From assembly GCA_026981655.1 (NCBI GenBank), contig JALSIJ010000131.1, forward strand, positions 3,217-67,216: DNA of 64,000 nucleotides, read 5' to 3'. The translations under genes were made by a program, and so were the position numbers. The DNA is from Rhizobiaceae bacterium (lineage in GTDB: Bacteria; Pseudomonadota; Alphaproteobacteria; Rhizobiales; Rhizobiaceae). Shown one piece after another: positions 57,045 through 64,000 of this stretch (the first letter of the stretch is position 1; every line of letters begins with the position of its first letter). The notes below the pieces were generated by a model. It saw only the letters and a program-made list of their open reading frames with translations. It was not told the DNA's origin and did no database searches.

Positions 57045-57869
57045 CTACTTTATTGTGGATACGTAATAGGAGGGTTTGCCCACAATTGTTCCGTATTTGG
57101 TTTTCACTTTGAACTGGATCAGGCCGTAGAGAGAAGAATTGCCAATTCTTGCCAGTGAGATTTCCATGTTCTTATTGGCGGTCAATCGTTTGATTTCTTT
57201 TTTGTGCGGCCGATGCCCGGCAACAGGCAGATAACGCACGCCACAAACATAAGATGTGCCTTTAAACCCTCTGGTGACGACTTTACGCTTGCCTTTGTAT
57301 CGCATTTTCAGATCAAAACGGTTTTTCCCGTCATAAACGGCCAGGGTTCTGTTGCAAATGGCTGCGCCGTTACCAACCATGCCTGGATCGACGGCAATAA
57401 GGGTTGTGCTGACCGGATCCTGAACAGATTTCAAGTGAGATGGTTTGACTATAACTGTGCCGGGTTTGATGGCTTTTATTGGAGTTACCTTTGCAAATTC
57501 AAGGCCATTTTCCCCGAATTTTAGCACAACATTACCCTTCTTTTTCTTGGTCGTGTAGTTAAGACTATGGGAAATGTTGGTCAGGCGATAATTTTCGTAA
57601 CGCCCGCCACTATTTGCAGAGCCTTTTGCTTTTGAAAACAATTTTGAGGCTCCGTAGGTTTTTGCAAAGCCGGAAATGTTGTATTTACCATCGCCAATTT
57701 TGATATCGAAGGCGAGTTTACCGACCGGGATACCGGCCATTGACAATATCAGTTTCATTTCATGGTGGATGGATTCTGCTGCCTGGGCCTGTACGGTTCC
57801 ATATAAAGCTGAAAAGGCCAGAAGGGAAAATATAATTGGTTTTCTTAGAAAAATCATTTTTGTCTCCAC
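57045..57869 (-). CDS. DUF3108-like secreted/outer-membrane protein
   Basis: 274 aa. Has a signal peptide (IFSLLAFSALYGTVQAQA) and alternating beta-strand-like sequence. From memory, a DUF3108 gene near rpmB is common in Alphaproteobacteria. Confidence 0.7.
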   Translation of the reverse strand: METKMIFLRKPIIFSLLAFSALYGTVQAQAAESIHHEMKLILSMAGIPVGKLAFDIKIGDGKYNISGFAKTYGASKLFSKAKGSANSGGRYENYRLTNISHSLNYTTKKKKGNVVLKFGENGLEFAKVTPIKAIKPGTVIVKPSHLKSVQDPVSTTLIAVDPGMVGNGAAICNRTLAVYDGKNRFDLKMRYKGKRKVVTRGFKGTSYVCGVRYLPVAGHRPHKKEIKRLTANKNMEISLARIGNSSLYGLIQFKVKTKYGTIVGKPSYYVSTIK

Positions 57870-57980
57870 TAAAATTTTGCACCCGTATCCGGTAAGGTAT
57901 GAAACCGGAATAAAGGCAGAAATTGGATATGCCGCATCAGGCTCCTGTTTGCTAAAATTGTGATAGGTGATTGTATCTGA

Positions 57981-58280
57981 ATGGATGATGAACAGTCTGT
58001 TCAGCTAGGGCCAGGACCCATTAATTTGATCCATTCTGCGCAGGGTAATTTGATTGCTGAACAGAAGGAATATCGCAGACAATATCAATATTTTCAAGAT
58101 ATTACGACGTATTCAGCGATCAAATTAACTGCGCCCAAGGGTTTGAAAGGAAGCACACGCCTGAAAGTAATAAATGCTCGAAAAGGTACCAACCTGTCCT
58201 TGCGCTTTATTTCATTCATTCAAATACTTTTTTTCAAACAGAATTGTATTAAATTAATGAGTCCTGACCCTAGATCATAG
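57981..58280 (+). CDS. Questionable hypothetical ORF in an AT-rich spacer
   Basis: 99-aa ORF with a weak AGGTGA upstream. No recognisable motif. Its 3' end runs into the left arm of the long palindrome. Confidence 0.2.
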   Translation: MDDEQSVQLGPGPINLIHSAQGNLIAEQKEYRRQYQYFQDITTYSAIKLTAPKGLKGSTRLKVINARKGTNLSLRFISFIQILFFKQNCIKLMSPDPRS

Positions 58281-58347
58281 ACCCATAAACAGGATTAAAT
58301 TGATTCATACCATTTTAATCCTGTTTATGGGTCTATGACCTGGGGTC
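58266..58347. repeat. Long inverted repeat (34-nt arms, 14-nt loop)
   Basis: The left arm GACCCTAGATCATAGACCCATAAACAGGATTAAA (58266-58299) pairs with the right arm TTTAATCCTGTTTATGGGTCTATGACCTGGGGTC (58314-58347). There are two mismatches in 34. Confidence 0.9.
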
Positions 58348-58640
58348 GGTGGTGTTCTAATTGCAAAAATTTAACCAGCATTCATTCTTGTGAACCTGAT
58401 ACAGATAAATATGGGCTGACGAAGTATTTAATTGTCAGAATTGGGTATCAGAATTGAGCTATTGAGCGAAGAACTACTTGACTGTTGTTGCTATGGTGCC
58501 TATAGACGGGCAACTTTTCCGCCTCGGTTGAAAATATGAATATGCTTGGCTTCGCTAGATCGAATTCAATGTGCTATTTGTGTTGCAATTGTTGCAAGCA
58601 CCCTCCGGCGGATTGACGATACTAAATAAAGGTTTTGATT

Positions 58641-58934
58641 ATGTCACGGCGTTGTGAGTTAACCGGTAAAGCGGTTCTATCTGGAAATAATGTGAGCCAC
58701 GCAAATAATAAATCGCGTCGCCGTTTTCTTCCTAACCTGTGCAATGTCACTTTGATGAGCGATGCGCTTAATCAGGGTGTGCGGTTGCGTGTTAGTGCAA
58801 ATGCGCTGCGTACTGTTGAGCATCGTGGTGGGCTTGACGCTTTTTTGATGAAATCAAAAGAGCGCGATCTTTCCCCAAAAGTTCAGATTTTGCGCCGTCA
58901 GGTTCAAAAGAAACTTGCGGAAGCCTCTGCTTAG
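58641..58934 (+). CDS. rpmB: 50S ribosomal protein L28
   Basis: 97 aa from the ATG at 58641. Has [33 protein letters not shown]. Confidence 0.95.
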   Translation: MSRRCELTGKAVLSGNNVSHANNKSRRRFLPNLCNVTLMSDALNQGVRLRVSANALRTVEHRGGLDAFLMKSKERDLSPKVQILRRQVQKKLAEASA

Positions 58935-58987
58935 TTTCTTTCTAATGCATCAAAAATCCGGGCTGTGCTGTATGGTTTAGCCCGTTG

Positions 58988-59018
58988 GCTGGTTCCATCA
59001 CCCAGGATTAAAAAAATG
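58988..59018 (+). ncRNA. preQ1-I (class I) riboswitch candidate controlling yhhQ translation
   Basis: GCUGGUUCCAUCACCCAGGAUUAAAAAAAUG aligns with the Bacillus subtilis queC aptamer AGAGGUUCUAGCUACACCCUCUAUAAAAAACUAA. P1 is CUGG/CCAG. The GGUUC and ACCC elements and the A-tract are present. The loop triplet CAU can pair with the tail AUG (the start codon), where B. subtilis has UAG pairing with CUA. Confidence 0.6.
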
Positions 59019-59666
59019 ATTACTTCTGAAAAGAATGCGTCCGTAAGGCTGCCGTTATTTATTGCCGCAATGTGTATTGTGGTGGCGCTTTCCAACTATC
59101 TTGTGCAATTTCCGTTTGAGCATTTCGGGATGGGGAATATCCTCACCTGGGGGGCTTTTACCTATCCCGTTGCCTTTTTAATTACCGATTTGGCTAATCG
59201 CCAATTTGGGGCAGTTAGAGCGCGCAATGTAGTGCTTATCGGGTTTGTTCTGGCAGTTGTGTTGTCGATATGGCTTGCCACACCACGCATTGCCATTGCA
59301 TCTGGATCGGCATTTCTTGTAGCGCAATTGCTGGATATTTCAATTTTTAATCGGCTGCGCAATGGCAATTGGTGGTCTGCGCCGTTACTATCTTCGATTA
59401 TTGGTTCTGCGGTTGATACCTTGCTGTTTTTCTCGCTGGCCTTTGCCGCGCGTTTTGCAACAATTGATACAATGTTTGGACATGAGGATGGCTCGCTTGC
59501 ATTTGCGATCGAGTTTTTCGGGCTGGGTTTCAATGTTCCCTTGTGGGTCTCACTTGCCGTCGGCGATTACGGAGTAAAACTGCTGATCGCCCTTTCGATG
59601 CTCATTCCCTATCGGATTTTGATAGGGAATTTAAAGCCGACGAGAAATGCTACTGTCGTACGATAA
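59016..59666 (+). CDS. yhhQ: Queuosine-precursor transporter (YhhQ/DUF165, VUT family)
   Basis: 216 aa from the ATG at 59016. Polytopic. Has TYPVAFLITDLANRQFG, characteristic of YhhQ. Confidence 0.85.
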   Translation: MITSEKNASVRLPLFIAAMCIVVALSNYLVQFPFEHFGMGNILTWGAFTYPVAFLITDLANRQFGAVRARNVVLIGFVLAVVLSIWLATPRIAIASGSAFLVAQLLDISIFNRLRNGNWWSAPLLSSIIGSAVDTLLFFSLAFAARFATIDTMFGHEDGSLAFAIEFFGLGFNVPLWVSLAVGDYGVKLLIALSMLIPYRILIGNLKPTRNATVVR

Positions 59667-59681
59667 GTAGCAATTCTGATT

Positions 59682-60692
59682 TTACTTCTCTTCAATCAAC
59701 CTAAATTCCAGATAGAGGTTTCGTTGCAATAGCGAATGATTGTCATCAGAGATGAGGGAGAAGAATATTTCACCCTTTTCATTGGTGGTTATCGAAAGGC
59801 CTTCCATATTATCGACCTGGTGAGAAACATCTACTTTTAGCAGTGATTTGCCTTTTAATGTCGCGCCTGGCTTGATTTTTCCTGCCTTGATCCGGCGTAG
59901 CCTTATGCCCAACCCGTCGGCAAGGTTGAAGCGACGTTCCAGCAATACAAGGTCGCCATTTGGCAGAAAATCACCATCGGTAATATCAAATTTACCCTCG
60001 CGTTTAACAGTAAACTGTCCCTTGTCAGGGCCGCTCAAAATGGCCGCTTTTATGCGATTTTTGGCGGCAAAAGATCGCTCGCTGATGATAATTATTGCGC
60101 CCTGTTGCCTGCTTGAGAGCGGCGATTTTAAAACGGTCTCCAATCCCTTGTTTGGGCGCAGCAGGCTTACATCGAGATTGAGTTTCACATTTTCAGGAGT
60201 GGACGAAAAATTTTCCAGATCGAGTTTGTATTTTGAAACCCTATTGTCACGCTCAAATGAAATCAGCGCGTAATCGCCATCAATGATGATGGATTCAGCA
60301 TCTGCATTCCATTTATGTTTGTAAGGCTTGCCGCTCTTGTCCAGCAAGGGGGCCATTTTGGTGTTCTCAAGTGCCAGGGGTTTCCCATTGGGGCCGCGTT
60401 TGACTTTTGCAGTAAACCAAAAGCCGGTATCTGTTACTGCAACAATCCTGCTTCTGTTTTCAACCAGCGCCAAGCCCGAAAGGGCGCCCACATGCTCGTT
60501 GCCAGAAGTGAATTCAAGCCCGCCGATAAATTCTAGCTTGCCAAATATTTTTTGCTCACTGCCGGGCAGGAAATTAGTGATTGGTTTTGCGGTAATTTCC
60601 ACATCAAAAGGGGCGGCAATTGAAACCAGGGTGGCGAATAACACGATCGCATTGGCAAAACTGAATTTCAGAAATGCGCTTAGGGGCCTCAT
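59682..60692 (-). CDS. Esterase-like activity of phytase family protein (secreted)
   Basis: 336 aa with an N-terminal signal/anchor. Has [20 protein letters not shown]...VTDTGFWF and a C-terminal NMEGLSI...SDDN pattern. Its start overlaps the cobT stop (ATGA). Confidence 0.7.
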   Translation of the reverse strand: MRPLSAFLKFSFANAIVLFATLVSIAAPFDVEITAKPITNFLPGSEQKIFGKLEFIGGLEFTSGNEHVGALSGLALVENRSRIVAVTDTGFWFTAKVKRGPNGKPLALENTKMAPLLDKSGKPYKHKWNADAESIIIDGDYALISFERDNRVSKYKLDLENFSSTPENVKLNLDVSLLRPNKGLETVLKSPLSSRQQGAIIIISERSFAAKNRIKAAILSGPDKGQFTVKREGKFDITDGDFLPNGDLVLLERRFNLADGLGIRLRRIKAGKIKPGATLKGKSLLKVDVSHQVDNMEGLSITTNEKGEIFFSLISDDNHSLLQRNLYLEFRLIEEK

Positions 60693-62614
60693 GAACCCAC
60701 CATGCTGGATGCTCTGGCACGTCTGGCCGGGCGACTTTTCTTTGTTTTCGGTGTTTCTGCAAACAGGCTGGCCAATTGATCTGTCATCGCACCTGCAAGT
60801 TCTTCCGCGTCAACAATGGTGACCGCGCGGGCGTAATAGCGTGTCACATCGTGGCCAATGCCGATTGCCAGTAACTCCACCGGAGACCTGTTTTCGATTT
60901 CCTCGATCACATGGCGTAAATGGCGCTCAAGATAATTGCCGGGATTAACCGAAAGGGTGGAATCATCCACCGGTGCACCATCTGAAATCATCATCAGAAT
61001 GCGGCGTTGTTCCGGCCGCGCAAGCAGGCGATTATAGGCCCATTCAAGCGCCTCACCGTCGATATTTTCTTTAAGCAAACCTTCGCGCATCATAAGACCA
61101 AGATTACGCCGCGAGCGTCTCCACGGCGCATCGGCCGCCTTGTAGATAATATGGCGAAGGTCGTTCAGGCGCCCGGGATTTGCGGATTTTCCGGCCTTGG
61201 CCCAGGCTTCTCGAGCCTGTCCGCCTTTCCAGGCGCGGGTGGTAAAGCCCAGAATTTCTACCTTCACGCCGCAGCGCTCCAGGGTTCTGGCAAGAATATC
61301 GGCACAGGTGGCGGCGACCGTAATCGGGCGGCCGCGCATCGAACCTGAATTATCCAGCAGCAAAGTGACAACGGTATCGCGGAACTCCGTATCGCGCTCG
61401 CGTTTAAACGATAGCGGCGCGGTTGGGTCGATAATAATACGGGTTAATCTTGAAGGGTCGAGATAGCCTTCTTCGAGATCAAAATCCCATCCACGGTCCT
61501 GTTGGGCCATCAGGCGGCGTTGCAGGCGATTAGCCAAGCGGCCTACCACGCTTTGCAGTGAGGCCAATTGCTTGTCTAAAAACGCGCGCAGCCGGTCAAG
61601 TTCTGCTTCATCGCACAATTCTTCAGCCTTGATGATTTCGTCATGGGCGGTTGAATAGATACGGTAATCGCTTTTTTGTGGCAGATTGGAAAGCGGCTGA
61701 TCACTGCGTTGCCCTTCGGCGGGTGTATCCGCATCGGCCTGTTCTTCTAAAAACTCATCATTTCCGGCCTCAGAGGATTCAAGCTCACCAACCTGATGGT
61801 CTTCGCCAGATGCTTCCTGATCGTCTCCGGCCGCATCTTCTTCGCCTTGAGTTTGTTCTGAATTTTCGTCCTGATTTTCCTGATCTTCCGGTTGTTGGTC
61901 GTCCTCTTCGCTTTCCTCGTCCTGGGCATCGGGGTCCTGGCCCAATTCATCGGACATATCGAGGGAGGCGATCATTTGGCGAATGGATTTGGCAAATTGC
62001 TTTTGATCAGCAAGGCAAGTATTTAGATTATCAAGATCGCCGGCGGCTTTCTCCTCAATCCACTCACGCCATTGGTCGACCATCGGTGCCGCACTTTTGG
62101 GTGGTGCGCGGCCAGTCAGCTTTTCGCGTACTATCAAGGCAACCGCATCTTCAAGCGGCGCATCTTCGCGCGTGGTGACCTCGTGGTAATTGGCTTTGAA
62201 ATATTTATCCTCAAGCATTTGAGCAATATTGTCGCCGGCCCCCTGCATTGCCAGAGACCCCAGCGATTCAACCCGTGCCTGCTCGACCGCATCAAAGATT
62301 GCGCGGGCGTTTTGGCCTTCCGGCAACAGGTTTGCATGTATGGAATTATCATGCATGGCGGCCCGCATAGCCATTGAATCACTCAAACCACGGGTAATCG
62401 CAACGCTTTGTTTTGATGTGCTTTTACCCGGATCGGGCAGCCGTGCCTGCCCCGGTGTCATGCCCGGCTTGTCGCCGGAAAAAGTTACTTCCAACTCGCT
62501 GTCTTGGGCAATTGCGCGCATGCAACCGCTCACCGATTGTTTGAACGGTTCAAGGTTCAGGGCAGAACCTTTCGCTTTTGAATTATCACCTATTCTAGCC
62601 ATAATCTCAATCAA
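60689..62614 (-). CDS. cobT: Aerobic cobaltochelatase subunit CobT
   Basis: 641 aa. Has a central poly-acidic region and a C-terminal vWA/MIDAS motif ([11 protein letters not shown]). It follows cobS. Confidence 0.9.
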   Translation of the reverse strand: MIEIMARIGDNSKAKGSALNLEPFKQSVSGCMRAIAQDSELEVTFSGDKPGMTPGQARLPDPGKSTSKQSVAITRGLSDSMAMRAAMHDNSIHANLLPEGQNARAIFDAVEQARVESLGSLAMQGAGDNIAQMLEDKYFKANYHEVTTREDAPLEDAVALIVREKLTGRAPPKSAAPMVDQWREWIEEKAAGDLDNLNTCLADQKQFAKSIRQMIASLDMSDELGQDPDAQDEESEEDDQQPEDQENQDENSEQTQGEEDAAGDDQEASGEDHQVGELESSEAGNDEFLEEQADADTPAEGQRSDQPLSNLPQKSDYRIYSTAHDEIIKAEELCDEAELDRLRAFLDKQLASLQSVVGRLANRLQRRLMAQQDRGWDFDLEEGYLDPSRLTRIIIDPTAPLSFKRERDTEFRDTVVTLLLDNSGSMRGRPITVAATCADILARTLERCGVKVEILGFTTRAWKGGQAREAWAKAGKSANPGRLNDLRHIIYKAADAPWRRSRRNLGLMMREGLLKENIDGEALEWAYNRLLARPEQRRILMMISDGAPVDDSTLSVNPGNYLERHLRHVIEEIENRSPVELLAIGIGHDVTRYYARAVTIVDAEELAGAMTDQLASLFAETPKTKKSRPARRARASSMVGS

Positions 62615-62649
62615 GACCCGTTAGCAACGAAACATTTTATGCCACCACA

Positions 62650-63624
62650 CTAACCAAGTGCAACATTGGCGCTTGATTCTGGAATATCCTGACCAAAGGC
62701 CCGCTGGTAAAATTCAGCCACCAGATTGCGTTCCAACTCATCGCATTTGTTTAGGAATGTCAGGCGGAATGCCAGTGCCAGATCGTCGAAGATTACAGTG
62801 TTTTCAGCCCAGGTAATCACCGTGCGCGGGCTCATCACAGTGGAGAGATCGCCGTTAATAAAGGCTGCGCGGGTTAAATCTGCCACGCGTACCATTTTGG
62901 AAATTTTCTCCCGGCCTTCGGCATTTTGCCAGGCTTTGGTTTTCGCCAAAACGATTTCAACTTCATTGTCATGGGGCAAATAGTTCAATGTTGTGACAAT
63001 CGACCAGCGGTCCATTTGGCCCTGGTTGATTTGTTGGGTGCCGTGGTAAAGGCCGGATGTGTCGCCAAGACCAATGGTGTTGGTGGTGGAAAACAGGCGA
63101 AACGAGGCGTGCGGTGTGATTACCCGGTTTTGATCGAGTAAGGTCAGGCGACCATCAACTTCGAGCACGCGCTGAATAACAAACATCACATCGGGACGGC
63201 CTGCATCATATTCATCAAATACAAGTGCGACGTTGTTTTGCAGCGCCCAGGGCAATATGCCATCGTGAAATTCTGTAATTTGCTGGCCATCGCGGACAAC
63301 GATTGCATCTTTGCCAAGCAGGTCAATACGTGAAATGTGGCTGTCGAGGTTGATGCGTACGGTTGGCCAGTTCAGCCGCGCGCCAACCTGTTCGATGTGG
63401 GTGGACTTACCTGTACCGTGGTAGCCGGAAACCATAACGCGACGATTGAAGGCGTACCCGGCAAGAATCGCCATAGTGGTTTGTTCATCAAATAAATAGT
63501 TTGGATCAATTTCCGGCACATGCTCGGTTTTCTCGCTATATGCAGGAACGGTCCAATCTGAATTGATGCCAAAGGTATCGCGTACTGATATTTCTGTATC
63601 GGGCAATTTTGTTTCGTCGTTCAT
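62650..63624 (-). CDS. cobS: Aerobic cobaltochelatase subunit CobS (AAA+ MoxR-like)
   Basis: 324 aa from the ATG at 63624 with a GGAGG Shine-Dalgarno. Has Walker [14 protein letters not shown] and Walker [10 protein letters not shown]. Confidence 0.92.
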   Translation of the reverse strand: MNDETKLPDTEISVRDTFGINSDWTVPAYSEKTEHVPEIDPNYLFDEQTTMAILAGYAFNRRVMVSGYHGTGKSTHIEQVGARLNWPTVRINLDSHISRIDLLGKDAIVVRDGQQITEFHDGILPWALQNNVALVFDEYDAGRPDVMFVIQRVLEVDGRLTLLDQNRVITPHASFRLFSTTNTIGLGDTSGLYHGTQQINQGQMDRWSIVTTLNYLPHDNEVEIVLAKTKAWQNAEGREKISKMVRVADLTRAAFINGDLSTVMSPRTVITWAENTVIFDDLALAFRLTFLNKCDELERNLVAEFYQRAFGQDIPESSANVALG

Positions 63625-63709
63625 AGGGCCTCCGGCATCCATCGGGAACATGGAAAATTGGTGATGTTTGGTAAGTGCCTGCGAGTACAGGCTAATTTGA
63701 GAAAAACTG

Positions 63710-64000
63710 CTAGCAAAAACCTGCTTGTCTTAAATGTTTATAGGCTTGAATAATCTGGCGCAAGCGGTCTTCTGAACTTCTATCCCCGCCATTCGCATCC
63801 GGGTGGTTTTGCTTTACCAGTAGTTTGTACTGGGTTTTAATCTGGGCGGATGATGCCATATCGTCGAGGCCAAGGTCGTGCAAAGCCTTGGCTTCAAGCC
63901 GGCGCAATTTTCGGCCGACATTATCGGTTTTGCGTTTGCCGTCCGGGCCATATTTATTTCGAACTTGTTTGTGCCAGGTTGGCGTCTCGCGCAAGACGGC
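63710..64000 (-). CDS. J-domain (DnaJ-like) protein, 5' end outside the window
   Basis: Has [31 protein letters not shown], which contains the HPD motif. The frame is open to the window edge and the ORF-track start is only an internal TTG. Confidence 0.75.
   Translation of the reverse strand, partial: AVLRETPTWHKQVRNKYGPDGKRKTDNVGRKLRRLEAKALHDLGLDDMASSAQIKTQYKLLVKQNHPDANGGDRSSEDRLRQIIQAYKHLRQAGFC

Noticed and set aside
63625-63709. A cobalamin riboswitch upstream of cobS.
   Set aside because: The spacer is only about 85 nt, and I could not find a B12-box-like element or the multi-stem architecture. There is only a small GCCTG/CAGGC hairpin, more likely the end of the upstream J-domain gene's transcript.

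Overview
The window looks like an alphaproteobacterial chromosomal segment. The evidence is the syntenic J-domain/cobS/cobT/phytase-like/rpmB block, the carD-fdxA-S4-helicase block and the many TRAP and ABC importers. It is densely coding and mostly housekeeping and transport.

Genes, left to right:
- TRAP transporter dctPQM
- leuD-ridA-leuB, then priA and a transaldolase
- a response-regulator PP2C phosphatase divergent from glgP, a STAS protein, a degenerate nucleotidyltransferase-like ORF and an RsbW-like kinase
- a large He_PIG/cadherin-like protein
- a Dpp-type ABC operon with an M19 dipeptidase
- a GNAT acetyltransferase and a YghU-type GST
- tRNA-Arg(CCT)
- an amide-utilisation locus: marR, an AmiC-like sensor, a flotillin, an amide/urea-type ABC importer whose last ATPase is fused in frame to an amidase, and an acyl-CoA synthetase
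- an FGGY kinase
- a GntR-controlled sugar ABC and oxidative/ribokinase cluster
- an SNase-like protein and an M48-LysM protease
- carD, fdxA, an S4 protein, an SUV3-like helicase and a DUF3108 protein
- rpmB, then a preQ1-I riboswitch with yhhQ
- a phytase-like esterase, cobT, cobS and a partial J-domain gene

No rRNA, CRISPR array, integrase or transposase was recognised.

Most noteworthy observations:
1. A partner-switching module with no sigma factor is wrapped around glycogen phosphorylase and a catalytically degenerate nucleotidyltransferase-like protein.
2. An in-frame LivF-type ATPase-amidase fusion keeps a perfect internal Shine-Dalgarno and ATG.
3. A structured intergenic repeat has at least five copies. 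Its hairpins differ between copies but stay complementary. Two inverted copies bracket the tRNA.
4. A near-perfect palindrome with 34-nt arms sits in an AT-rich spacer upstream of rpmB.
5. The identical 12-bp palindrome CTAACATGTTAG occurs at two promoters of the GntR-linked sugar locus.

All functional calls rest on motif recognition by eye. No database search was run.
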